DNA of 64,000 nucleotides, taken from positions 358,151-422,150 of the IMG/VR virus record IMGVR_UViG_3300028914_000001; one strand, given 5' to 3'. The notes under the pieces were generated by a model. It did no database searches and was not told the DNA's origin. It saw only the letters and a program-made list of their open reading frames with translations. This DNA is from a virus (taxonomy: Duplodnaviria > Heunggongvirae > Uroviricota > Caudoviricetes). Shown here in pieces: positions 1 through 8,830 of this stretch. Numbering within the stretch: the stretch's first letter is position 1; every line of letters starts with the position of its first letter. The position numbers and the translations under genes were made by a program.

Positions 1-121
1 TGAATACCGTTTCGTGACCGCTGATGAAGCCGAGCGTTTCATCGAAAGGGAAGTCAAGAACAGCAGTTCTTCGGCTACCATAGTCGTGAAGGAATTTACA
101 ATCAAAAACAGTAGGTAAAAC

Positions 122-643
122 ATGGAACTTACCGAAGAACAGAAGAAATTCAAGGAGGAGTCGCTCGAACTCCTCAAACAGTCCAACGATGCCGACTACA
201 AGGCGTTCCTGAAGAAGGTTGACGAAATTTCCAAGCGCAATCTCCCCCTCGATACGAAAATCGAGTATGTTACTGGCCGTTGCTGCGGCTTTGAAGGAAT
301 CGGCATCATCCTCAGCGGCGTCATCAGGTGGAAAGACCAGGTCATACTCGCCCGTTTCGACCGTCCGATGCGTACCAAGCGTGAAGGCGGGGAATGCCAC
401 GCATGTGTAGACGTTTTCTCGCTTGGCCGTGCGACGCTCGAACTTGAACCTAATCAGGGCGAGTATGTCATCTTCGAGACAACAATCGGCGACAAGGATG
501 CGTTCTGCAAGATTGTCAACAGCATGTGGGACTACACAGACCACCGTGGATACCTCGTCGAAGACCCGCATAAGATGTTCGGCGTGAAATCAAAGGCGGA
601 TGTACCCGATTTCGTTGAAACCAGTAACGTGCGAGAGGACTAA
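122..643 (+). CDS. hypothetical protein
   Basis: 173-aa ORF, AGGT upstream, phage-like codon usage. Confidence 0.75.
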   Translation: MELTEEQKKFKEESLELLKQSNDADYKAFLKKVDEISKRNLPLDTKIEYVTGRCCGFEGIGIILSGVIRWKDQVILARFDRPMRTKREGGECHACVDVFSLGRATLELEPNQGEYVIFETTIGDKDAFCKIVNSMWDYTDHRGYLVEDPHKMFGVKSKADVPDFVETSNVRED

Positions 644-644
644 T

Positions 645-1469
645 ATGACACTTGAAGAACTGTATCGGTGCTTGGGAAGTTATGTAGAAAACGGCTATGG
701 TAAACTGACAGTTTACGCCGAGAACGGCTTTGGCGAAGGCGGTGAGCTTAATGCCATAACTTTATTGAAAGACGGGGAGACCATAGTTTTAAGGGAAGAT
801 TTTGGTGGCCCATTCTTTGAAGGGGGTTTGTATGATGTGGACGGCAAGTCGCCATTTACTGCTAAGAGGGCTACTGGTGACGAGGGCCCAGGAGTGCATC
901 CAAATCAGTATATTCTTGAACGAGAAGAAGGAAACGGGATGATGCATACCATTGCTGACATTCCGAAAAATGCTCGTTTCACGGGAAATGTGGTGCCTAT
1001 AACAAAGATTCAGAAAGATGAAAACCTACAAGGGGTTCATTGTATGAAATCAAATGAATCATCAGTAAATGATGTCAGCTGGGACACTATCTTCGCTGAG
1101 GTTGTAAAAAAGCATAAGGATTATCTCGCAACAGATTTATCTCCTTGGCTGACCGAAACATATAGCAAGGCGGAAAAGAAAGAGTATGTGAGATTGAAGT
1201 CCCAGGCCGTAAGTATGCCCCAGGATGAAATCTATAAGCATCTCGCCGACAGCAAGATTTGGCAGCGAGTTTCAAGAGAAGAAATGAATCGCCGTAACGA
1301 CAAAAAATATAGAGCCCCTAAACATCCGGGACACGAGTATTATGAACCTGAGGCATGCCCGTGGTGTGGCCGGGAAAGTCTTGAAAAGCAAGAAGACGGC
1401 AACTACCACTGCACATGGTGCGGTTATGACCATCTGAAAGAACGAAATTCATATAACTGGGACGATTGA
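645..1469 (+). CDS. hypothetical protein with C-terminal Zn ribbon
   Basis: ATG at 645 after GAGG; CPWC...CTWC near the C-terminus. Confidence 0.7.
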   Translation: MTLEELYRCLGSYVENGYGKLTVYAENGFGEGGELNAITLLKDGETIVLREDFGGPFFEGGLYDVDGKSPFTAKRATGDEGPGVHPNQYILEREEGNGMMHTIADIPKNARFTGNVVPITKIQKDENLQGVHCMKSNESSVNDVSWDTIFAEVVKKHKDYLATDLSPWLTETYSKAEKKEYVRLKSQAVSMPQDEIYKHLADSKIWQRVSREEMNRRNDKKYRAPKHPGHEYYEPEACPWCGRESLEKQEDGNYHCTWCGYDHLKERNSYNWDD

Positions 1470-1480
1470 TTCTCTGTATA

Positions 1481-1519
1481 AAAAATTAGGGCGGTCATGC
1501 TATGATGAACGCCCTTTTT
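1481..1519. terminator. bidirectional intrinsic terminator
   Basis: AGGGCG...CGCCCT stem with A-run upstream and T-run downstream, between convergent genes. Confidence 0.65.
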
Positions 1520-1530
1520 CGTAACATTTT

Positions 1531-3312
1531 TTAGAATTCTATCTCGTCGTCTTCACTTGTGTACGGGTCCCTTTCATTCTCGTGCTCGGTGTAGTAATCT
1601 TCCTCGCTCGGGTCGCCTGGGTTGTCGGGGTCATATTCTTCTTCAGATGTGCGTACACGGCCTCCGTAGGTCGGTGCTTCGTCTGGATACAATGCGGAGT
1701 ATATATCTTCCTCGGACGGGGTGTCATCTGCGGTTTCGGCTGTACTTGCTGGCAGCCATAGTATCTTGGTTACAACCTGGAATGGATGCCCTGGCCTATG
1801 ATATTCTTCAAAACCTAATATATTACCGTTTTCGTCTGGCTTGATGCTATCGAAACTCATGTGATGAATTTTTACACTTAACGGATTAAACGGTGGAGTC
1901 GAATATCTGGTAAGTTTCGACACCTTGTACTCATTCGGCTCCCTAGCGGCAAAAGCCCTGGCTTTCTTGTACATAAGCATGAAATCATCGTACGTTTGGT
2001 CACGTCGTATTCCCAATATGTTTTCAAGGGAATTAGAGCGCATCTCACCAATACATCCTACATTGGACCCTTCTTTTTGGAGGGGGACGGAAGTATCAAA
2101 GGCATCTCTCGGTACCCAGATGTACTTGGACGAGCTGTAGTTAAACCCGTCGTGACAACCAAAGCTGAATCCCCATGAGTTTCCATTTTTGTCTTCAGGG
2201 ATGCTGTCATAATTTACGGATTGCACCTCGTTGGTATCAGTATCAATGAGGGGCATCTTATATTTTTTAATTGGACCTACATCGCCATAAGCTTCCATAT
2301 CGTCATGCATTTTCAGGAAATCGGCGTAGCTCACATTACTGCGTTTGCCTAAAGTTGAGCTTTTATAGTGTGATGTATAAACGTCACCCCTTTCATCGAC
2401 ATCTGGTTCTTGCAGTTTTCCAAACGAACCTTCGAGGCAAACCTTTGTTATATTCCCGACCGCTTCAAACTGATTCTTGCTAAGGCCAAGCTTGGCTACG
2501 TTTTCCATGAAAATATTGAATCTCTTATCCATTGTGTTACCATTGGTACTTTCACCCAATAGTTTATAACCTGTCGGTTCCGATGGAGTAAGGAAGTTCT
2601 TGATGGTGACTCGGTCGCCCATGATTTCTTTAAGACGGTTCAAGTCTGGGTTCATACCCATCTTTGCAATCTGGTTCCTTGCCCACATGTTGTACAGGTC
2701 TTCATATACGACGAAGCTTAAACCTTTGTCGAACCGGGGCCACCTCTCAAAATTCCCGTAGAAGCTCGGGTCGATAATATGGCGTACGGTATTACTGCTT
2801 GGACGGTGGATTTCTCCCCACATGAGCTGCTCGATGTTGATGTCCTCGGGAGAAATACTCTCATGCGCCATGACTACATCGGCATTGTTCCGCACATCAA
2901 AGTCGTCTATGCGGTATTTTCTCAGGTTTTCTGGGGAACAGTCGAGGGAAACTATCAACGGGCGAAAGGCATCGTATCCTCCGTTGCCGAATGGCTTGTT
3001 CATCGAAAACCATATACAATTAGATTCCCCGTTGTCGTTAATACGGAGTCCGTTAGTCAGTATGTCCCTGATGTCATCATTGTCCAATCCCGTCATGTAG
3101 CCGCAAATGTGGTACATCTTCGGGTAGCTTGCTCCGTCTACCGACTCCTTGAAAATGTGCATCTGTTGCAGATGTTCCTTCGCTTTCTTCTCGGACTTGT
3201 GCGAAGACAGGATTTTGCCCGTTTCGTGGCTCTTTATGACCCACTCGGCGAGTTCACCCTTGGAGTTGCGATGCCCTTTAATATGGCAGACGTATTCGTA
3301 TAGAGGTTGCAT
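1531..3312 (-). CDS. late multidomain protein with putative ADP-ribosyltransferase-like domain; internal start at 2532
   Basis: 593-aa ORF; YH-x(13)-IL-xx-GL...IWFS pattern; duplicated C-terminal domain; TATAAACT upstream of both 3312 and 2532. Confidence 0.7.
   Translation of the reverse strand: MQPLYEYVCHIKGHRNSKGELAEWVIKSHETGKILSSHKSEKKAKEHLQQMHIFKESVDGASYPKMYHICGYMTGLDNDDIRDILTNGLRINDNGESNCIWFSMNKPFGNGGYDAFRPLIVSLDCSPENLRKYRIDDFDVRNNADVVMAHESISPEDINIEQLMWGEIHRPSSNTVRHIIDPSFYGNFERWPRFDKGLSFVVYEDLYNMWARNQIAKMGMNPDLNRLKEIMGDRVTIKNFLTPSEPTGYKLLGESTNGNTMDKRFNIFMENVAKLGLSKNQFEAVGNITKVCLEGSFGKLQEPDVDERGDVYTSHYKSSTLGKRSNVSYADFLKMHDDMEAYGDVGPIKKYKMPLIDTDTNEVQSVNYDSIPEDKNGNSWGFSFGCHDGFNYSSSKYIWVPRDAFDTSVPLQKEGSNVGCIGEMRSNSLENILGIRRDQTYDDFMLMYKKARAFAAREPNEYKVSKLTRYSTPPFNPLSVKIHHMSFDSIKPDENGNILGFEEYHRPGHPFQVVTKILWLPASTAETADDTPSEEDIYSALYPDEAPTYGGRVRTSEEEYDPDNPGDPSEEDYYTEHENERDPYTSEDDEIEF
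2561..2568 (-). promoter_or_regulatory. putative late promoter TATAAACT (internal to ORF)
   Basis: 28 nt upstream of in-frame ATG 2532. Confidence 0.6.
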
Positions 3313-3339
3313 AGGGGAAACCAGATAGTTTTCCCCTAC

Positions 3340-3347
3340 AGTTTATA
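3340..3347 (-). promoter_or_regulatory. putative late promoter TATAAACT
   Basis: 27 nt upstream of ATG 3312. Confidence 0.65.
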
Positions 3348-3349
3348 TC

Positions 3350-3529
3350 TCAGGATAACGCCTTGCTGATGATATCCTGTGCGACTTCAATGCATGCATC
3401 GCCAAATCGCCATCCGTTGTTGATGCGGTCTTCAAACCTGTCGGCAATGTCCAATGCGTTGTTGCAGTTAGAGAGTTGCTTAATATGGTACGAGACCACG
3501 TTCTTGTATTCCTGATAATCCAAAGCCAT
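3350..3529 (-). CDS. hypothetical protein
   Basis: ATG 3529 after GGGG; tightly packed in the minus-strand operon. Confidence 0.6.
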   Translation of the reverse strand: MALDYQEYKNVVSYHIKQLSNCNNALDIADRFEDRINNGWRFGDACIEVAQDIISKALS

Positions 3530-3540
3530 TGTAATTTCCC

Positions 3541-3840
3541 CTAAAACTGGCATGCCTTGCGTTCGACACGATATTGGCCGTCGTTTGCATACTGGTATTT
3601 CTCCCTCGTAAGTCGGGAGCCGTACTCACTGGTGATACTTTCGACAATGACATTCTCCGTGTTCATTTCGAATTTAAGGTCGAAATCGCAGTTGGTCTTG
3701 GCGATTAGGATACCCTCATGGTAGATTAACCCCTGGATGCCTTCTGCCTTGCATTCGCATCCTCCGAACATTCCAAGGATGCTTACTAACAGGCAGAGTG
3801 CCCCCAGAAAATACATGACTCGTTTTGATTCCTTGCTCAT
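3541..3840 (-). CDS. hypothetical membrane or exported protein
   Basis: N-terminal hydrophobic segment; ATGA overlap with upstream gene. Confidence 0.65.
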   Translation of the reverse strand: MSKESKRVMYFLGALCLLVSILGMFGGCECKAEGIQGLIYHEGILIAKTNCDFDLKFEMNTENVIVESITSEYGSRLTREKYQYANDGQYRVERKACQF

Positions 3841-4370
3841 ACTTTATCTCCTTTTATTTCAGTTACGTCCAGTTCATACCATTTGCTGTCTTTTTTATTT
3901 ACTACCTTAATCTGCAATGTCTTGTCGCTATCGTCAGATATGTCATACTTGCGTTCGTCGAGGATTTCGGCGGATTCGCCATTATCATAGCAATGTAAAA
4001 GCTGTACATAGACATGGTTCTTTTCACGAGCACATTCGAACAGGATGAAGTTATTCTTGTCGATATGTTCGTTATTCCATGTATAGCAAAGACCGTTGAT
4101 ATTTTTGAAGTCAGAAAGTGAGAACTGGCATTCAATATCGGTAGGCGTTTTTGCCTCGATAGTACGCAAGTTATAGTCCGTATATACTACGTTCTTCATC
4201 TTTCTAAGTTCATCGGCAATTTTGCTGGGAACAATCGTCCTGTTGAAACATACCGTGGCAGAATTATCGTGGACTGAGATAACTCCATTGGATATGACAT
4301 CGAACTTGACATCGTATCGGTCCTGAAGCTCTTTCAGGTTAATGAGAAATGTTTTAAGATTATTGGTCAT
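3837..4370 (-). CDS. hypothetical protein
   Basis: likely ATG 4370 (MTNNLK), just after the upstream stop. Confidence 0.65.
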   Translation of the reverse strand: MTNNLKTFLINLKELQDRYDVKFDVISNGVISVHDNSATVCFNRTIVPSKIADELRKMKNVVYTDYNLRTIEAKTPTDIECQFSLSDFKNINGLCYTWNNEHIDKNNFILFECAREKNHVYVQLLHCYDNGESAEILDERKYDISDDSDKTLQIKVVNKKDSKWYELDVTEIKGDKV

Positions 4371-4387
4371 TGGTTGAATCTTTTTTG

Positions 4388-4744
4388 TTAGAATGGTAGC
4401 GTATCGTCCTTGTTGACAAGTAAAAGTTCCGTTAGCTCTGACTGGCTTAACGTGAACGGTGGGTAATACTTTCCCTTCACGTATTGCCTCGGCCTGTTCC
4501 ACTTCTCGTACAGAAGGAACGGCATGAGAACCCGTGAGACGAAACGGTAGGCCCGAATCATCTTGGTTACGAACGGGCTGTGGAAATCTTCTGGGTACAA
4601 TTCGTTGAGCACTCGGTACGCTTCTTCGTCGCTAACCTGTTCTCCGTAGTAGTCTCCCGTGATGCTTCCATAGATTTCGCTAAAATACACACAGTTTCTG
4701 CAACAGGAAGTCGCATATCGTCGGCAGCGGTCACATACAATCAT
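4388..4744 (-). CDS. hypothetical Cys-rich protein
   Basis: CDRC...CCRNC; ATGA overlap. Confidence 0.65.
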   Translation of the reverse strand: MIVCDRCRRYATSCCRNCVYFSEIYGSITGDYYGEQVSDEEAYRVLNELYPEDFHSPFVTKMIRAYRFVSRVLMPFLLYEKWNRPRQYVKGKYYPPFTLSQSELTELLLVNKDDTLPF

Positions 4745-5040
4745 TTTGTTTCCTTGTTGAAAGCGATGTTTTCTACCTGTTCGGCACCGAATTCTACGAT
4801 TGTCGGGATGTAGTCGTCATCGTCGAGGTCACGGCAAGCACGTTCGGCCTGTCCCAGTGATGAGTAGTGATGCCCAGTCGCCGGGTTGTCACTACACTCA
4901 CAGAATCGAACCTTCTGTAGCCAACCTCGGTTTAAAATCTTGCCTTTTATCTTCCACTGTACGAATACCATCCAGAAATGGAATGAGACATCCTTCGTAG
5001 GGAACTGGCGCTTTTCGAATGGAAGTGCTGTTCTACCCAT
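4741..5040 (-). CDS. hypothetical protein
   Basis: operon packing. Confidence 0.6.
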   Translation of the reverse strand: MGRTALPFEKRQFPTKDVSFHFWMVFVQWKIKGKILNRGWLQKVRFCECSDNPATGHHYSSLGQAERACRDLDDDDYIPTIVEFGAEQVENIAFNKETK

Positions 5041-5042
5041 TG

Positions 5043-5414
5043 CTATACCCCCATGTCTGGCGTACGGCAGCCAAGATGGTTTGACTTCGGCTTTGCCTTG
5101 CCGTCATTCCAGCACTTGAACCGACATTCGGGACAGAACGTGTAGTAGTCAACAATCACCTCGGGTGTCCATATGTCGGTGCCGCTGATGTTGTGCTCGC
5201 TCTGGACTTCCCGTGTCTTGCATTCGGTGATTTTCGTCTTGAACTCGCATCCGCATCTCGGGCACTTGAAGTCGAAGTACGGATTGCCGTGCTTGGTAAT
5301 CTCGGACGATTCTGCAACGGGCCTGTCGTCTTGCTTGTCGTCGATATCGTCGACCGATTCAAACCAGCCCCAGAATGTTTTCCACGATTTTTTAATCAGT
5401 TCTTTGATATCCAT
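5043..5414 (-). CDS. hypothetical Zn-ribbon protein
   Basis: CPRC...CPEC; ATG 5414 after AAGGGA. Confidence 0.65.
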   Translation of the reverse strand: MDIKELIKKSWKTFWGWFESVDDIDDKQDDRPVAESSEITKHGNPYFDFKCPRCGCEFKTKITECKTREVQSEHNISGTDIWTPEVIVDYYTFCPECRFKCWNDGKAKPKSNHLGCRTPDMGV

Positions 5415-5415
5415 G

Positions 5416-5655
5416 TTATCCCTTCTTTTCTTCACGGTCATCGACAGTCAATGACAGGATAATCTTTTTGCCAGTAGGGAGCTTCCAGGTGATTTCATAG
5501 GTATCGCTCCCCTTTTCAATCTTTCCCTTCATGTACTCGGCGACGGCACAGAGGGCCTCGTTGGTTACATCGTTCTTGACTTTCCAGACACCGGGCTTGC
5601 TTACGGTGCCTGCGTAGATTGCTGCCATCCCGCAGCCGACGTGGTATTCTGCCAT
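5416..5655 (-). CDS. hypothetical phage protein
   Basis: AAGGAG RBS; IYAG...DVT pattern. Confidence 0.7.
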   Translation of the reverse strand: MAEYHVGCGMAAIYAGTVSKPGVWKVKNDVTNEALCAVAEYMKGKIEKGSDTYEITWKLPTGKKIILSLTVDDREEKKG

Positions 5656-5664
5656 GTTAACTCC

Positions 5665-5829
5665 TTATAAGGGGGAACCCTTTATTGTCATTTTCTTGTG
5701 GCACTTTGTGCATTCAAACTTGTACGGCCACTTCTCTACGCCGTATCCGTCTCTGGACAGCCTTTCCTTGAACGCAGTGGGTTCCCATCTGTGCCAACAG
5801 AAAAACTGTTTTAGCTTTGATTTGAACAT
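5665..5829 (-). CDS. small Zn-binding protein (54 aa, not in ORF track)
   Basis: hand translation MFKSKLKQFFCWHRW...CTKC; GGAG RBS; fills the operon gap. Confidence 0.6.
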   Translation of the reverse strand: MFKSKLKQFFCWHRWEPTAFKERLSRDGYGVEKWPYKFECTKCHKKMTIKGSPL

Positions 5830-6233
5830 GATTGCTCCATTATTTTGTCAACATATTCGCACAACTCTTCAAGGTCTTTGTCGTACTCGACATCCATAGC
5901 GGCTACACTATCCATGTCCAATGCTAACACTTCTTTGAACTTGTCATCTTCCTTTACATACCGCTTTGGCAAGCAGTCGGAATAGATGAATTTGCTGCTG
6001 TCCGACGGGTCTACCCTGCAGTCTACTCCATAGAACATCTTTCCGCATTGGAACAGGGCGATATACCATTTACCAATGTCCGACGGTTCGACAACGAGGT
6101 CCGATTCACGGTTGTAAATCAGTTCCTTGACGATATCCTTCTTAATCCACTGGCAGAACATGTAAGCTTCTTTAAGCTGTTTGCCCCAATTCTTGGTCAG
6201 GTCAAAATCGTAGTAACTTTCTTCGTCCAACAT
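5811..6233 (-). CDS. hypothetical protein
   Basis: 140-aa ORF in operon. Confidence 0.7.
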   Translation of the reverse strand: MLDEESYYDFDLTKNWGKQLKEAYMFCQWIKKDIVKELIYNRESDLVVEPSDIGKWYIALFQCGKMFYGVDCRVDPSDSSKFIYSDCLPKRYVKEDDKFKEVLALDMDSVAAMDVEYDKDLEELCEYVDKIMEQSCSNQS

Positions 6234-6244
6234 ATTAGTAACCT

Positions 6245-6526
6245 TTAAGCAATCACTTCCTTGACTATGTTGCCATGTAGATATTTCTGGACATCTTCAT
6301 CAAGCTTTTTCTTTTCTTCCACTACATAATCGAGGGACTTCGAGCGGATTTCAACATACTTGTTGAGACGGACAGCTTTGTTCTGCCAATGGTGGATAAT
6401 TCCTAGCGGTTCGGTGTCCCAAATCTGGACGAGGTACTCGTCAGTTTCCATCTTGACGATACGGGTGGCCAGGTGATGGTGATGTTCGATGTGGAGGATG
6501 TCTTTGATTTTGTTAATGATGCTCAT
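6245..6526 (-). CDS. hypothetical protein
   Basis: AAGGAG RBS. Confidence 0.7.
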   Translation of the reverse strand: MSIINKIKDILHIEHHHHLATRIVKMETDEYLVQIWDTEPLGIIHHWQNKAVRLNKYVEIRSKSLDYVVEEKKKLDEDVQKYLHGNIVKEVIA

Positions 6527-6529
6527 GGT

Positions 6530-6856
6530 TTACTCCTTGTTTAAAATTTTAGAAACCAGTTCAGGTGGGTTCGGCTCCCAGGGGAGTGCATTCACGTCGA
6601 ACTTTTCTGGATGAAGCATGACGTGGAGCGGTATGCCGTAATGAATCGGTTTTTCTTTCTGTTCTTCACGGGCCGCTTTCAACAATGTGATGATTTCGCC
6701 CTCGGTCGCACACCCGCAGTCCTGCTCGTCGATAAGCAGGGTGGTTTCTTCTTCCGAATGGTGCTTGCGGTATTCTCCAAGAAGGATGTCGAACACCTCC
6801 TTGGAAACAAGGACGCACTTGTCGAGCGTTTCGATGGCGTTTTCTAGTGAACACAT
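6530..6856 (-). CDS. hypothetical protein
   Basis: GAGG RBS; first gene after the promoter. Confidence 0.7.
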   Translation of the reverse strand: MCSLENAIETLDKCVLVSKEVFDILLGEYRKHHSEEETTLLIDEQDCGCATEGEIITLLKAAREEQKEKPIHYGIPLHVMLHPEKFDVNALPWEPNPPELVSKILNKE

Positions 6857-6877
6857 GTAATTTTACCTCGTGGTATA

Positions 6878-6906
6878 AATATATTTTAAATATGGAATTT
6901 TGTCAA
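6878..6906 (-). promoter_or_regulatory. sigma70-like early promoter
   Basis: TTGACA-N17-TATATT. Confidence 0.8.
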
Positions 6907-6916
6907 GAGGACACCC

Positions 6917-7114
6917 ATGCTCCCATACGAGAATAATGAACCTAATCTAGTCCACTTGTATCAGGCCGAATGCCACAACCCTGATATTCAAGCCGAGTGT
7001 CATAACCCGGACATCCAGGCAGAGGCTTCCGACCTCGTGCGTGAGAACTGTGCTGGATTTCGCCGTATAAATTACGATGCAAACGGATTTCCCGTCCCTA
7101 ACGAAACTTGGTAA
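6917..7114 (+). CDS. small protein with tandem QAECHNPDI repeat
   Basis: GAGG RBS; repeat copies differ only at synonymous sites. Confidence 0.6.
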   Translation: MLPYENNEPNLVHLYQAECHNPDIQAECHNPDIQAEASDLVRENCAGFRRINYDANGFPVPNETW

Positions 7115-7122
7115 ATGATGCC

Positions 7123-7151
7123 TTGCCAAAATCGTGGGCGTTGTCTATATT
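7123..7151 (+). promoter_or_regulatory. sigma70-like promoter
   Basis: TTGCCA-N17-TATATT. Confidence 0.7.
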
Positions 7152-7188
7152 TTAGTTGATTGCGTACTTTTCAAAATGGATTTGATTT

Positions 7189-7965
7189 ATGATTATTATT
7201 GACCCTCACCCGTTCGTTTTCAAGCAGGTCAAGACGATGCTTAGGGAACTGTGCGACAAGCCCAAGTACGAAAAGACCATGGTCGTGCTCGGGTACAACG
7301 TGATGAACTGTTCCGAGGCAAGGCGGCTTAAAGCGAAGCATCCCGACCACAAGCTGGTTATCTACAACATGGAGCAACTCTACCGTGGGAGCCCATGGAT
7401 TAACTCGAATACGAGAGTATGGTTCGAACAGGCTGACGAAATCTGGGATTACAACTTGGAGAACATCCAGTTCTTCTCCGATGTTCTCGGTTACAGGGCG
7501 AGCTACCATCCAGTAAAGTGGGTCGAATCCCTGAAGACTATCGAGCAGGTGAAGCCTGAGGACATGCTGTATGACGTGCTTTTCTACGGGGAGGAAACCC
7601 CTAGAAGGACCAAGCTGATAGGGGCGATGCGTTCCGCACACCGTGACTGGGCGGTAATCACGGCCACTGGCGTAACGGGCAAGGCTCTCGACTACCTCAT
7701 TGCACATTCCAAGATTATCCTGAACATACATGCCTTTCCGCAGTACCAGTGTCAGGAAATCGTCCGCATGTTCTACCCGCTAATCAACGGGAAGTGCATC
7801 GTCAGCGAGCCGTCCAAGAACGACAACTATGCGGGCGACTCCATCGTCTATTCCTCCTACGACAACATGATTGAAACAGTTAACGGGCTTCTTACTGATG
7901 GTAAATGGATTAAAGTCGCTTCTGAGGCTTCTGACAGGTTCCGCAGACACACAACAGCCAAGTGA
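7189..7965 (+). CDS. glycosyltransferase-like protein (GT-B, CgeB/Glyco_trans_1_2-like)
   Basis: YDVLFYG...RR, KIILNIH, EIVR, GKCIVSE motifs. Confidence 0.7.
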   Translation: MIIIDPHPFVFKQVKTMLRELCDKPKYEKTMVVLGYNVMNCSEARRLKAKHPDHKLVIYNMEQLYRGSPWINSNTRVWFEQADEIWDYNLENIQFFSDVLGYRASYHPVKWVESLKTIEQVKPEDMLYDVLFYGEETPRRTKLIGAMRSAHRDWAVITATGVTGKALDYLIAHSKIILNIHAFPQYQCQEIVRMFYPLINGKCIVSEPSKNDNYAGDSIVYSSYDNMIETVNGLLTDGKWIKVASEASDRFRRHTTAK

Positions 7966-8794
7966 GCCTGTACAGGAGAAAAAGCCTCCTCGTAAAGTGT
8001 ACAAGTACACTGTAATCGAGTGTGTCCTCGGCGGGTATGACTTGGTCAGGGAAGTGAAGAATGCCAGCAGCGATGTCCATTACCTGATGATAACGGACAG
8101 CAAGAAGGTGAAAAGCAAGACATGGGATATCCACCACGTTTCGGAATACCCGTGCCTTGCGAACATCGACGATGCGATAGGTGTCCTTAACTACATCCGC
8201 TACCATACGTTCGAGTTTGCCGATACCGACGTGTCCATCTACATGGATGCAAGCATGCAGATAAACAAGCCCCTGACGAAGCTGTATGAAGACTTTGTCA
8301 ATTCCAAGTCCGATATCGGCCTGTCCATACACCCTTACAGGACGAATGTTTACGACGAGCTTCACGCATGGCAGTCGGCCCGTGGCCTTTCATCAGAAGA
8401 GGTTGCCAGCCAACGGAAGCTGTTCGCCAAGACCTCGTTCAACAAGTCCGTATTGTTCCAGTCTGGAGTAATCATCCGCCGGAATGTAAAGGTGGTCAAC
8501 ATAATTGACGACATCACATGGGCCATGCTGAGGCTTACCGGGGTGACTTCCTATACGGCGAGGGTTGACCAGACAATCCTCAGCTATGTCCTCGCCACAT
8601 ATTTCAGCGGGGTCAAGTTCCTCCTGTTCACGCAGCATCTGATTCAATCGAGTTACATAACATGGTTCAAGCACGGTTCAAACGAAAAGATTCTCATCGA
8701 CAAGAGATATTATGTACGGCCCTCCGTTTTTGGCGTGTATGTGACCCCTTATATGATTGAACCTGTCGAAAAGCCTGAAAATAAGGTATTTTAA
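7871..8794 (+). CDS. DUF616-type glycosyltransferase (start uncertain, possibly GTG 7961)
   Basis: GGYD, ITD, YMDAS, HPYR-x-VYDE, SGVIIR, RVDQ motifs. Confidence 0.7.
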   Translation: MKQLTGFLLMVNGLKSLLRLLTGSADTQQPSEPVQEKKPPRKVYKYTVIECVLGGYDLVREVKNASSDVHYLMITDSKKVKSKTWDIHHVSEYPCLANIDDAIGVLNYIRYHTFEFADTDVSIYMDASMQINKPLTKLYEDFVNSKSDIGLSIHPYRTNVYDELHAWQSARGLSSEEVASQRKLFAKTSFNKSVLFQSGVIIRRNVKVVNIIDDITWAMLRLTGVTSYTARVDQTILSYVLATYFSGVKFLLFTQHLIQSSYITWFKHGSNEKILIDKRYYVRPSVFGVYVTPYMIEPVEKPENKVF

Positions 8795-8830
8795 TAACGA
8801 CGGTGTGAACATGCCGTCAAGGATATTTGA

